Source: Candidatus Bathyarchaeota archaeon (lineage in GTDB: Archaea; Thermoproteota; Bathyarchaeia; 40CM-2-53-6). From it: 64,000 bases of DNA. Numbering within the stretch: position 1 is the first letter of the stretch; every line of letters starts with the position of its first letter. The DNA is taken from NCBI GenBank assembly GCA_963706285.1, contig CAVPLU010000006.1:1-64000 (forward strand), given 5' to 3'. The notes beneath the pieces are model-generated. The model was not told the origin of the DNA and did not search any database. It worked only from the letters and a program-made list of their open reading frames with translations. Positions 53,384 to 63,805 of the stretch are shown piece by piece. The position numbers and the translations under genes were made by a program.

Positions 53384-55720
53384 TGCGTTTGCAAGAGTTT
53401 TGGTTTCAAGAGGTGGCTTACAACAACCAATCACAAAGACATTGGAATACTCTACATAGTCACGTCTTTGTGTTTCCTAGTCTTGACAGGAACAATAGGG
53501 ATGCTCCTGAGGTCTCAGATGACCTTCATGGACGAAACCTTTCTCACGTCCAGCAAGTTACGAACAGGGTGTCACATTGCTTGGTTTGCTTGGAATCTTA
53601 TGGTTCGGCTCACCTATGGGTATTGGACTTGCCAATTACATTGTGCCGCTACAGATAGGCGCCAGAGACTTGGCATTTCCCCGCCTTAACGCATTGAGTT
53701 ACTGGCTATACCTTCTCAGCGGTTTGACACTCACGAGCAGTATCTTTCTACCGGGAGGAGCTCCGATTACGGGATGGACGATCTATGCACCGCTCAGCAC
53801 ACTTGAAGTACAATCCGCAACTCGGCATGACATTGGGCGCGTTGGCCGTGGCTATGCTGACAGCTTCTATCGTTCTTGTCGTCCGTCAATTTCATGACGA
53901 CCATACTGATGATGCGAAAAACCGGAATGACTTGGTCAAAGAGTCCCTATCTTCACGTGGAGCATTCTCTTCACTATCGCTATGATGTTGTTCGCATTTC
54001 CATCTTTTGCAGTAGGCTTGCTTCTGCTTGCTTCTGATAGGATACTGGGCACTGTGTACCTCGTGTCCAACGAAGGCGGCGCGATTCTGTGGGATCAACT
54101 CTTCTGGTTCTTCGGTCATCCGGAAGTTTACATCGTTGCCTTTCCCGCGCTCGGAGTTTTGGGAGAAGTGATCAGCGCGTTCTCAAGAAGACCGCTATTC
54201 GGAACGAAGGAGATCGTTGCCGCCTTAGGAGTGGTTTCGGTCATGAGCATGCTGGTTTGGGTTCATCACATGTTCACCACAGGTGTAAGCCTCGAAATTA
54301 GAATAGTGTTCTCTCTGACGACGCAGGCTATCTCTCTCCCCACCGAGATGGTGATTATTGGTCTGATACTCACTCTGCGTAAGGGATCAATACGATTGCA
54401 GACGCCCATGATTTTTGCGTTAGGCGCCATCTTTGTCTTTATTGTTGGCGGGATAACTGGTGTTTTCCAATCCTCGATACCTCTCGATTATGCTCTGAGG
54501 GGAACCTATTTCATCGTAGCTCATTTTCACTACGTCATGGTTGGTCTGCTTGTTTTCGGGTTATCTGCCGGCCTCCTCTACTGGTTCCCCAAGATTACAG
54601 GTAGAATGTACTATGAGAGACTTGGCAAGGTAAGCTTCTGGTTTTCTTTCTTCGGTTTCAATCTTCTCTACTTTCCCATGTTCTTCCTTCTGGACATGCC
54701 AAGAAGATCCTCGATGTTCTCTGAACCCACTTGGTGGCCATACAACTTTGCATCAACAATCGGGGCTTGGATATTCGGGCCATCTTTGCTCCTGTTGCTC
54801 GCAAATCTTGCAGTCAGCATGAAGAAAGGAGAATTTGTTTCGAGCAACCCATGGAAATCTCCGCAGCCTGAATGGCAAGAGAACGCCCAAAGATCCGAAG
54901 ATCTCTCCCAAATCTCCCGACGATGCCGTGCGACCCGCCTCAGAACGAACAAAGAAAGCCACTCCGACACGGACGATCGTGGCTTCACAATCGATCCCTT
55001 TGATTCTTTCAGTTGGCGTGGCGGTATTTCTGTTCGCACTGGCTTCATATCCCACCGTTCATGTTGCTGGGAATTGCCATAGTTGCGGTAGGCCTTGCTG
55101 TGTGGTTCTGGGATCACACGTACGATAGGTATGCTTCTCGTGAAGAAGTTGGTCTGGAAAAGTGGCCGCTCGTTTCTCTTTCCAAAGAAAAGGTCGGTGT
55201 ATGGGTGTTTCTGGCATCAGAAGCGGTCATCTTCGGGTCAATAATTGCTGCTTACCTGTACGTTAGGGCAGGAAGCGCATCTTGGCCCATCTCATACGAG
55301 ATTCATGGTGTTCCAATTGGTGCATTGAACACGATTATACTATTGACGAGCAGCTTTGCCATTATCATGGCTCGCGACTCAATCAAGATGAACAATCTCC
55401 GAGGACTGAAGATTTGGCTCTTCTGCACTTTCGGTTTGGGTTTCGTTTTTCTGCTGATAAAGGGATTTGAATGGCTGCAATTGATGGCCAAAGGTTTCAT
55501 CATATCGAGCGGACTGCCCGCTTCTACGTACTATGTCACAACCGGGGCCCACGCAATACATGTTGGCGTTGGGCTGGTCGCCGTTCTCTACCTGATGATT
55601 AAGGCTCAGAAGGGAAGATTTAGTGCACAACAACACGCGGCGGTTGAGAACATAGGTCTCTACTGGCACTTTGTCGACATAGTCTGGATGTTCCTCTTCC
55701 CGCTCTTCTACCTGATATAG
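53383..55720 (+). CDS. coxA: Heme-copper oxidase subunit I (A1 type) followed by, probably fused to, subunit III; several frameshifts
   Basis: [43 protein letters not shown] (subunit I); [22 protein letters not shown] (subunit III). Confidence 0.83.
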
Positions 55721-56007
55721 TGATAACGATGAAGTCAAGAGTCTTCTATGCAATCGTGTGGGCCGTTCTAGTTGGGGCCACAGTAATGGAGGTGTTCACG
55801 CGTTCATTGCCGATGGCTGTGTCACTGATCGTCCTCATCATAATCGCTATTGCCTGCACAAAGGCTGTGCTAATCGCATTGTACTATCAGGGCCTGCGTT
55901 ATGAGCCTGCGAGTCTAGCAGTCCTTCCGTTGGCCGCGTTCTTCATAGTCGCACTGTTAGCAATCACATCGCTTCTCATGGCCAGTATGAGCGGTATGGG
56001 CATGTAA
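55720..56007 (+). CDS. Heme-copper oxidase subunit IV-like protein
   Basis: 3 TM helices, KAVLIALYYQGLRYE signature, position in the operon. Confidence 0.75.
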   Translation: MITMKSRVFYAIVWAVLVGATVMEVFTRSLPMAVSLIVLIIIAIACTKAVLIALYYQGLRYEPASLAVLPLAAFFIVALLAITSLLMASMSGMGM

Positions 56008-56093
56008 GCACTCCATTTGTCTCATGATTCCTTGCTGAGGGACTATGGGATTCAGGTCGGCTCCAAACGTTGATCTTGGCTGGATGATGAGCC

Positions 56094-56972
56094 ATGGTGC
56101 CACTGGACAAATATCTCGAACTGACTAAGCCAAGAGTCACCTCTCTTAATGTCGCTGTAGGCATCACCTGCTTTGTCCTAGCAGAGCTTCCGAGGATCGA
56201 CTGGCCAACTCTGATCATATTCGGTACCGTAGCCTACCTGACTGTTGGGGGATGTGGAGCGTTGAACTGTTACTTTGACAGAGATTTGGACAAGCTCATG
56301 GATAGAACCTGTCGAAGAGCAATTCCATCTGGCGCGATAACTCCGGTCAACGCGCTACTGTACGGCCTCATTCTATTAACAGTTGGAATGTTTGGAGCGT
56401 ACTTCACTTTCAGTAAGCTAGCATTTGGCATGATTGTGATGGGGGCAGCTGTCTATCTCTTTGTCTATACTCACTGGTTGAAACGAAGAAGTCGATGGAA
56501 TGTCGTGATAGGAGGAGTTTCAGGGAGCTTCGCGGCGCTATCCGGGTGGGCCGCAACCGGCAACGTGTTCAGTTTGACGCCGATGTTGGTGGCTCTGTTG
56601 GATTTCTTGTGGACTCCAGGGCACTTGTGGGGGCTTGCCATCGCAAAGGTTAAGGAGTATCGCGATGCGTCTGTGCCAATGCTTCCTGTCGCACTCGGTG
56701 TAGAAATCGCTTCGCGATACGTCTTCCTGTTCAACGTGCTTACCTTCGCGTCCTCCTTGATGTTTCCCCTACTTGGATTGACAGGGCCAGTATACTCGGT
56801 GATCGCGGTCTTTGCCGGTGCTCTACTGCTGTTGAGGAGCTGGAAGCTGTTGAAGTCGCCGTCCGAAGGACAGGGTTCGAGACTGTTTCTATTGTCAGTT
56901 GCCTATCTGTCATGCATGATGATTGCTCTCATCGTCGATAGGCTGCTTTTCCTGAATGGATTTCCTTGGTGA
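56094..56972 (+). CDS. ctaB: Heme o synthase (protoheme IX farnesyltransferase)
   Basis: LTKPRV, NCYFDRDLDKLMDRT..RAIPSG, WTPGH, EYRDASVPMLPV. Confidence 0.93.
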   Translation: MVPLDKYLELTKPRVTSLNVAVGITCFVLAELPRIDWPTLIIFGTVAYLTVGGCGALNCYFDRDLDKLMDRTCRRAIPSGAITPVNALLYGLILLTVGMFGAYFTFSKLAFGMIVMGAAVYLFVYTHWLKRRSRWNVVIGGVSGSFAALSGWAATGNVFSLTPMLVALLDFLWTPGHLWGLAIAKVKEYRDASVPMLPVALGVEIASRYVFLFNVLTFASSLMFPLLGLTGPVYSVIAVFAGALLLLRSWKLLKSPSEGQGSRLFLLSVAYLSCMMIALIVDRLLFLNGFPW

Positions 56973-57205
56973 TTCAATTCTATCTCAGTCAAGTCGAGGA
57001 TCCTGTGGGTTCTTATTCCTGCAAAACTCGGCTGATAGAGTTCCATTCAGATGCCTGACCGACTGTCCTAGAAGCTCTGCGACTTCAATGGGAACTTGAT
57101 CGATCATGCGACGCGGCTAGCAAGAGTATTGGTAATTCACATCTGTGATTGCTTATACTTAATTAGGCCCGATTCGCGGTGTATGGATCGAGGAGAATTC
57201 TATCT

Positions 57206-57984
57206 TTGACGACGCCTGCCACGGAACAGCCTAGTAGAAGGAGAACTCTCAAGATCATAGTTGGTGGTGCTATCCTGGCAATCGCAGCTGTGGTAGCAGG
57301 CACTTGGAGAATCTTCACCGGGAGTCCCGAAACTGCTTCTACCACTACGACCACGAGTTCCGCGGCTGCTTCTACAACCTCGACAAATGAGTCCTGCAGC
57401 TTCTACAACTGTGACCATGAGTCCTACAGCTGCTTCTACCACCGGCCCACTTGCATGGCCTAGGCTAAAGGCGATAAATGCGAAATCGCTAGAGCCGCTG
57501 AAAGCGCTCTGCGTTCGACTATCCTTTGGTTGGCACCTCCGAACTTCCTAGTCAAGCTCGGCGTGAAGGCTGACAACGGCGTCGGGCCGGATGGCGATAT
57601 CGTTGCTTTCAGCGCCATATGCCAGCACCAAGGCTGCTGTTACGATTTCGCGCCGCCCACTTCCAGGACAAGTGCCATAACGACCGTAAACGCTCCGCCT
57701 GCGGGCAACTGCGGCTGCCACGGTTCAGTGCTTCGATTTCGTTCATAACGGCGCAGTGATAGGAGGCCCTGCTCCTTATCCCGTTCCGAGAGTGATGCTC
57801 GAGTACGACCAAGCCACAGGAGACATCTATGTAGTAGGCATGGGACCGCCCACGATATACGGACAAGGCCCTATCTGGGACCACAGATCCGGCTGAAGTT
57901 CTCAAGTACGATCTTCAGGGAGGCCAGATTGTCACTCAGATTACGCTTGACCCCGGCCTGATGCTAAGTCGGCCTCGTGCTTAG
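57206..57984 (+). CDS. Second Tat-exported Rieske protein, paralog of 50305-50988; multiple frameshifts
   Basis: SRRRTLK signal, VKLGVKADNGVGPDGDIVAFSAICQHQGC, CGCHG, YDLQGG. Confidence 0.72.
57322..57450 (+). repeat. Four imperfect 30-34 nt tandem repeats encoding a Ser/Thr/Ala/Pro linker
   Basis: Units start GAGT(C/T)C and share GCTTCTAC(A/C)AC. Confidence 0.7.
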
Positions 57985-58087
57985 AGTCTACGCATATGCT
58001 ACATGATGGTGAATCGTCGATGGTCCCATGTCTGGTGGCATCAAGTCCATCTGACTGCACATCCTTGGGGTGGAATTGCGGATTAGC

Positions 58088-58906
58088 CTACACGGTCCTC
58101 GGAGGTGCGTCGGGAATTCCTTCGCGACGCTTGAACTCGCTCGCTGCTGCCACCGGTGCTCCCTGTTTTGGTTTGGCGATTCCGAGCTTGTGTCTGAGCG
58201 AGTCTCTGCGGAGGAGCTGAATTCCAAGCGCTGGATCCACACCTCTGGGGCAGACGGCTGAGCACGCTCCTGCGAAATGGCATCTCCAGCACCCATGCGG
58301 TTCGTCCACGACTTCGAATCTAGACGAGGCACCCTCATCACGTGAATCTGCATTGTAATGGAACGCCTGAGCAAGCGCCTGCGGTCCAATGAACTTCTGG
58401 TCAGTTGGGATGACCGGGCACGCGGAATTGCATAGCCCGCACATGATGCAATAGGCAAACTGAAGATAGCTCTCCATTTGCTCGGGAGTCTGCACGTATT
58501 CTCTGGTTGGTTTCTCAAGCTCGTCATGGTCAGTTCGGATTATGAACGGCTTCACCTTTCTGTGCTTCACATAGAGTTCCGTTAGGTCTGGAACCAAGTC
58601 CCTGATGATCGGGTAGTTTGGCAGTGGCTCGAGCACTATCCGGTCGGTTCCTAGGTCTGCAAGTTGCGTCTGACATGCGAGCATCCAGCGTCCATTTATC
58701 TTCATACCGCATGATCCGCAGATTCCCATTCTGCAAGAGACCCTCCAGGTGACGGAGCCATCTAGCTCTTCCTTGATCGCGAAGAGAGCATCGTTGACTG
58801 TCATGCCCGGCTTTACACTCACTTCGTACTCGCTGAATTGCAACTGCTCTTGTTTATCAGGTCGGAATCTCTGTATCTTGATGTGTACTTTCTTTGGCGT
58901 GGTCAT
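58088..58906 (-). CDS. sdhB: Succinate dehydrogenase Fe-S subunit
   Basis: SCRMGICGSC, CIMCGLC...CP, CHFAGAC...CP. Confidence 0.93.
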   Translation of the reverse strand: MTTPKKVHIKIQRFRPDKQEQLQFSEYEVSVKPGMTVNDALFAIKEELDGSVTWRVSCRMGICGSCGMKINGRWMLACQTQLADLGTDRIVLEPLPNYPIIRDLVPDLTELYVKHRKVKPFIIRTDHDELEKPTREYVQTPEQMESYLQFAYCIMCGLCNSACPVIPTDQKFIGPQALAQAFHYNADSRDEGASSRFEVVDEPHGCWRCHFAGACSAVCPRGVDPALGIQLLRRDSLRHKLGIAKPKQGAPVAAASEFKRREGIPDAPPRTV

Positions 58907-58916
58907 TTCAAATCAT

Positions 58917-59277
58917 CTACAGGAACAGGGCAGCTATCGCAACGTATGCTCCGAATGCGAATAGACCAGCCCCCGCGAGGAAACAGATGATGGAAACCAA
59001 CCGCTCGTAGGTCTCTAGTTAGTGTGAGTTCATAGACAATCGATCTGATTCCGTACATGCCATGAAAGGTCGCGGCGCCGAGAAGTGCTGTGTATGTCAT
59101 GGTGTAGAAGATGTCTTTGGCTCGGGAACGAATGAATTCCCAGGAAAGGGCCAGCTCGTAGCCGGGCGCGCCAACTGGTCCAAGCAGAGTGGAGAAGTTG
59201 TGAAGGTGGATTGGAATCGCGATCACGAGCACGAGTGCCATCACAATGTGTAGAAACCAGAGCGTAGATTCTTTCAT
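58917..59277 (-). CDS. sdhD: Succinate dehydrogenase small membrane anchor; frameshift near 58995
   Basis: TM helices with His (IHLH, FHGMYGIR); position between sdhC and sdhB. Confidence 0.75.
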
Positions 59278-59281
59278 GTGA

Positions 59282-59785
59282 TCATCTCCCGGGGATCGCC
59301 AACGGGACATAGACTAGGTACTCAAGAGCCGCTCCGGCCAGCAGGATCCCGCCCACGATCATGAGTGACAGGATGAAGTATCGCTGCCTTCTTCCAAGAG
59401 ATTTCGGTTTGTAAGGATAGATGGGCCGCTGTGGCTCTCCAATTGAAAGGCCCACCTCGGCTAGGATCAGTCTAATCCCGTTTAACCCATGGAACGCAAC
59501 GACTGCTACGAGGAGCCATTCTCCGGCGTAGATCAACGGGTTCTCGATAGTAAGCAGAAATGCATTCCATGGAGCAGGTCCTTTGAGTCTGGTGGCGGTA
59601 GTGTAAACATGAATGAACAAGTATCCAACTAACGTGATGCCGCAGAGACGATGCATCGAATAGAAGTATCGCTCAAGATTTAGATGGCGAGAATCAAACC
59701 ATCCAAAGATTCCTCTGCGATTTCCGCGCGATTTCTGAGGCAGCTCCGATTTTGCGTGCGTCGGACTTCGTTCGTCTGTCATCAC
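59282..59785 (-). CDS. sdhC: Succinate dehydrogenase cytochrome b subunit
   Basis: MHRLCG, YLFIH, FHGLNGIR. Confidence 0.85.
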   Translation of the reverse strand: MMTDERSPTHAKSELPQKSRGNRRGIFGWFDSRHLNLERYFYSMHRLCGITLVGYLFIHVYTTATRLKGPAPWNAFLLTIENPLIYAGEWLLVAVVAFHGLNGIRLILAEVGLSIGEPQRPIYPYKPKSLGRRQRYFILSLMIVGGILLAGAALEYLVYVPLAIPGR

Positions 59786-59786
59786 T

Positions 59787-61502
59787 TCAATACCTCCTCT
59801 CTATGGGCTTCCAGATGGTCACGCGTACTGGAGAATAATCGAGTTTAGGCCCTTCCGAGGTACGGTAGGCGAGCGTGTGCTTCAGCCAGTTGAGATCATC
59901 TCGTGCCGGATAATCCAGCCTTGAGTGCGCGCCACGCGATTCCTGTCGAGCGATCCCGCCGACGAGCATGACCTCTGCAAGCTCAAGCATATTCTCAAGT
60001 TCTAGCGCAGAGAATAGGTCCGTATTGTAAGCTCGGCTTTCGTCCTCCATTTTGGCTCTTGCGAATCTTGATTTCATCTCCCTGATTTTCCCGAGCGCAT
60101 ACTGCATCTGTTCGAGCGTCCGAAAGATACCAAAGTTCACGTCCATAAGATCCCGCAGTTCCTGTCGAATGTCATAGATCTTCTCGCCCGTTTCGTGTTT
60201 TAGCAGGTTCCCATAGATTCGATCTTCAACTTGGTCAGTGGTATCTTTCGAGACAGGTCTACCCGGTTTTGTGTTTGTGGCAAATTCCGCGGCCTTCTGA
60301 CCGCAGATCTTTCCATAAACGAGACACTCTGCCAGTGAATTTGTTCCGAGGCGATTTGCGCCATGTATGCTCACACAAGATGCCTCGCCTGCAGCCCACA
60401 AGCCTTGAACGCGCGTCGCACCATACGAGTCGGTCTCAATTCCTCCCATCGTGTAATGCTGGACCGGGCGAACTGGAATAGGTTCATTGATTGGGTCGAT
60501 GCCGAGAAACTTCATGGAGAGCTCTCTTACAAAGGGGATCTTGCTGTTTATCGTGTCAGCGCCCAGATGCCGCAAGTCGAGCTTCACGCAAGGTATTCCT
60601 TCAGGGCCTTCGATTCCCCTGCCCTGCTGGATCTCCGTTGCGATCGCCCTGGAAATGATGTCGCGAGGAGCGAGTTCCATCATCTTAGGTGCATAATCTT
60701 CTAGAAACCTTCTGTTTTCACGGTTCAGGAGGTGACCTCCTTCACCACGGGAGGCTTCGGTGATCAAAATTCCAGACGGCATCAGACCTGTCGGGTGGAA
60801 CTGAATGAATTCCATGTCTTTCAGTGGAACACCCGCACGATATGCCAATGCATATCCATCCCCCGTGGAAGTGTGCGAATATGAAGTGAACTTGAATAGT
60901 CTGCCCACGCCGCCCGTCGCAACAATGCACGCCTTGGCTGAAATCGCGTGGACCCTTCCTGATGTCATCTCCAGTGCAGTGATCCCTGTGAATCTTCCAT
61001 TCTCCACTTCGATCGATGTCGCGAAGAATTCGTCGTAGCGCGTGATATTGTCGTACTTCAGGAGCGTATTGTGCATTGTTTGCATCAGGAAGAAGCCTGT
61101 CTTATCTGCCGCGTAGACAGCCCTGGGAAAACTGTGGCCGCCAAAGGGTCTTTGATCTATTCGGCCGTTGGCGTCTCGGTTCCAGGGAACGCCCCAATGT
61201 TCGACTCTGAATATCTCTTCAGGGAGGACACGTACGAACATGTCGACCGCGTCTTGGTCAGCAAGAAAATCGCTACCTTTCACTGTGTCCCAAGCGTGCA
61301 GTTCGTAGGTATCTCCTTCCTCCGGCCTGAGAACCGCAGCTGTTCCGCCCTCTGCTGCTACTGAGTGTGAGCGCATTGGGTGAACTTTCGATACAAGGGC
61401 CACGTCAATCTTGCCATTTGTTGCTCTGGATGCTTCGATTGCCGCTCGTTGGCCTGCAAGGCCAGCGCCGAGAATTAGTAGATCATGCGAAGTCTTTTCC
61501 AA
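59787..61502 (-). CDS. sdhA: Succinate dehydrogenase flavoprotein
   Basis: GAGLAG, RSHSVAAEGG, QFHPTG, HGANRLG, ESRGAH. Confidence 0.95.
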   Translation of the reverse strand: MEKTSHDLLILGAGLAGQRAAIEASRATNGKIDVALVSKVHPMRSHSVAAEGGTAAVLRPEEGDTYELHAWDTVKGSDFLADQDAVDMFVRVLPEEIFRVEHWGVPWNRDANGRIDQRPFGGHSFPRAVYAADKTGFFLMQTMHNTLLKYDNITRYDEFFATSIEVENGRFTGITALEMTSGRVHAISAKACIVATGGVGRLFKFTSYSHTSTGDGYALAYRAGVPLKDMEFIQFHPTGLMPSGILITEASRGEGGHLLNRENRRFLEDYAPKMMELAPRDIISRAIATEIQQGRGIEGPEGIPCVKLDLRHLGADTINSKIPFVRELSMKFLGIDPINEPIPVRPVQHYTMGGIETDSYGATRVQGLWAAGEASCVSIHGANRLGTNSLAECLVYGKICGQKAAEFATNTKPGRPVSKDTTDQVEDRIYGNLLKHETGEKIYDIRQELRDLMDVNFGIFRTLEQMQYALGKIREMKSRFARAKMEDESRAYNTDLFSALELENMLELAEVMLVGGIARQESRGAHSRLDYPARDDLNWLKHTLAYRTSEGPKLDYSPVRVTIWKPIERRY

Positions 61503-61538
61503 ACTGTGTCACCAAATTCAGTAGATCAACTTTAGGTC

Positions 61539-62729
61539 TCACGGTTGTTGGGTTCTCTTTCCTAGAGGAATATAGCGACATCCAATCGGCCCACAATACT
61601 TTCCGTGGTATTCGGCGGCGGGTCTATACAGCATGGGCTTGATCGGCGGTTCTGGAAACTTCTCTTCAACAATGTGGGCTGTCCACCCTGCGATTCTGGA
61701 TACAGCGAATACTGGTGTGTACAGCTCTGGGGCTATTCCCATCATGTAGTATACTGACGCACTGTAGAGATCGACATTCGGATTGATTTCCTCGCCTCTA
61801 CGCTTCTTGAACTCCCGCTTTGTGCTTTCCTCAATCTTCCTCGTCATGAGATACCACTTTGGTTCCCCTGTTCTTCGCGCGAGCCTTTCGGACATGTGCC
61901 GCAGTATGTCTGCTCTTGGATCCAAAGTTTTGTAGACCGCATGGCCCATTCCCATGATTCGTTGACCTGAGTCGAAACGAGCTTTGACCCACTCCTCAAC
62001 GTTGCTAGGGTCACCAATCTCTAGCAAGTTCTTCATTACCTGCGAGTTGGCGCCGCCATGAAGCTCACCCGATAATGATCCAATGGCGGCAACCACGGAC
62101 GCGTAAATGTGTGCCCTCGTCGACGCGACTACGCGGGCAGCGAATGTGGAGGCGTTGAATGAGTGTTCCGCGTGTATGATTAGGCAGATGTCAAAATCTC
62201 GCGCAGTTTCATCATCGGGGGTTGTCCCCGTGAGCATGTAGAGGAAGTTGGCTGCATGGGGCAGTTTCTTGTCGGGCGGTATCGGTGCTAGGTTTCTTCT
62301 TGCTCTATCCCACGCCGCAACGACAGTCGGCACCTTAGCGATTAGACGTGTTGCCTTCCTTTGGTTTGCTTCTTTCGATTCGTCTGATAGCTCTGGGTCG
62401 AAGGCTGCCAGCAGGGCGACTGTCGACTGCAGTACATCCATGGCTGCTGATGTCTTCGGGATCTTCTCGAGGTAATCATTGACGACCTGAGGTAGTTCTC
62501 TTTCGGACGCGAGCTTTGAACGAAACTCTTCCAAATGAGAAGAGTCAGGAAGGTCGCCGTTGAGGAGAAGATAGGTCACCTCTTCATACGTGGAGTATTC
62601 TGCAAGGTCGTGGATGTCGTAGCCTCTGTATGAGAGCTCTCCCATGGCTCCATCTATGAGACAAATGTTCGAGTCAGCCACCGGGATGCCGCGGAGGCCG
62701 ATGTCTTTGGTCGTTGGCTCCGTTGACAT
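61539..62729 (-). CDS. gltA: Citrate synthase (citrate/2-methylcitrate family)
   Basis: HAEHSFNASTF, LHGGAN, GMGHAVYK..DPR, NPNVD, SRIAGWTAH. Confidence 0.92.
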   Translation of the reverse strand: MSTEPTTKDIGLRGIPVADSNICLIDGAMGELSYRGYDIHDLAEYSTYEEVTYLLLNGDLPDSSHLEEFRSKLASERELPQVVNDYLEKIPKTSAAMDVLQSTVALLAAFDPELSDESKEANQRKATRLIAKVPTVVAAWDRARRNLAPIPPDKKLPHAANFLYMLTGTTPDDETARDFDICLIIHAEHSFNASTFAARVVASTRAHIYASVVAAIGSLSGELHGGANSQVMKNLLEIGDPSNVEEWVKARFDSGQRIMGMGHAVYKTLDPRADILRHMSERLARRTGEPKWYLMTRKIEESTKREFKKRRGEEINPNVDLYSASVYYMMGIAPELYTPVFAVSRIAGWTAHIVEEKFPEPPIKPMLYRPAAEYHGKYCGPIGCRYIPLGKRTQQP

Positions 62730-62746
62730 ATCTATTCCACCTCGGC

Positions 62747-63784
62747 CTATCTCTTCGCGTTAGGGTTCCCTATTTTTTCGAGGATTGCTTCGCACATTTC
62801 GCTTGATTTTGCTTTTCCGCCTAGATCGTAAGTTAACGTTTTGCCCTCTCTCAGGACCTCAAGAATTGCTCTCTCAAGCTCGTGCGCTGAATCTTTCTCA
62901 CCAACATACTCAAGAAGCATCTTGCCCGCAAATATTGTGGCAATTGGATTGACCTTGTCCTGTCCAGCGTATTTGGGGGCTGAACCATGAACTGGTTCAA
63001 ACATGGCGTAGTTGTCTCCCATGTTGGCGCCTGAAACCACGCCGAGTCCTCCGACAAGTTGTGCAGCCTCGTCGGACATTATGTCCCCGAAAAGGTTCGT
63101 TGTGACTATCACGTCGAAAGTCTCAGGTCGCTTTATGAGCTGTAAAGCCATGTTGTCTATGTAGTAGCTGTCGATCGCCACTTCTGGAAATTCTTTGCTT
63201 ACACTCAATATGGCCTGGTTGAATATTCCGTCCGTACGTCTTAGAATGTTTGCCTTGTGGACGTACGAGAGGCGCTTGCGTCTTTGATTGGCAAGTTTGA
63301 AGGCGAATCGTGCCACTCTCTCACTGGCTTTCCGGCTGATAACTCGCATCGCAACGGCGACGCCTTCGCCTACCTCGAACTCAATGTTGGAGTACAACCC
63401 TTCCGTATTTTCTCGCACAATCGTTAGGTCGATGTCCGGTTTCGCGGAAGGCACATTTGGGAGTGAAAGGCATGGTCTAACATTGGCATACAAATTGAAC
63501 AATTTTCTGATTGTGAGGGCAGCGCTGGGTGGTGCTCCCGGCTTCTCGGGTGTAGTCATCGGACCCTTGAGGCAAGCAACCGTTGTTTTGAGCATGTCAA
63601 TCGTTTGGGGTGGCACATTGGTTCCGTACTTTGCAATCGCGTCGACTCCCGCTTCGCCCCTGACAAGTTCGAGTTTGTAAGTTCCGGCCTTTTCTTGCAC
63701 AGCCCCTAGTGCTCTTACGGTTATGTCTACTACTTCCGGACCTATGCCGTCCCCGGGAAGAATTGCCACTCTGTGAGTTCTCAT
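62747..63784 (-). CDS. icd: Isocitrate dehydrogenase (isocitrate/isopropylmalate dehydrogenase family)
   Basis: GDGIGPEV, VRENTEGLY, HKANI, NLFGDIMSD, EPVHGSAPKY; located between aconitase and citrate synthase. Confidence 0.8.
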   Translation of the reverse strand: MRTHRVAILPGDGIGPEVVDITVRALGAVQEKAGTYKLELVRGEAGVDAIAKYGTNVPPQTIDMLKTTVACLKGPMTTPEKPGAPPSAALTIRKLFNLYANVRPCLSLPNVPSAKPDIDLTIVRENTEGLYSNIEFEVGEGVAVAMRVISRKASERVARFAFKLANQRRKRLSYVHKANILRRTDGIFNQAILSVSKEFPEVAIDSYYIDNMALQLIKRPETFDVIVTTNLFGDIMSDEAAQLVGGLGVVSGANMGDNYAMFEPVHGSAPKYAGQDKVNPIATIFAGKMLLEYVGEKDSAHELERAILEVLREGKTLTYDLGGKAKSSEMCEAILEKIGNPNAKR

Positions 63785-63805
63785 GAAGGTCTCGTCCATT
63801 GGACT

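Noticed and set aside
57322-57450. CRISPR-like repeats
   Set aside because: Degenerate tandem units without unique spacers, lying inside a coding linker; no cas genes in the window.
1214-63680. Numerous antisense or overlapping ORFs in the six-frame track (e.g. 1214-1774, 11515-12111, 34641-35360, 44420-44956)
   Set aside because: They are shadow ORFs of well-supported genes and have no motifs of their own.
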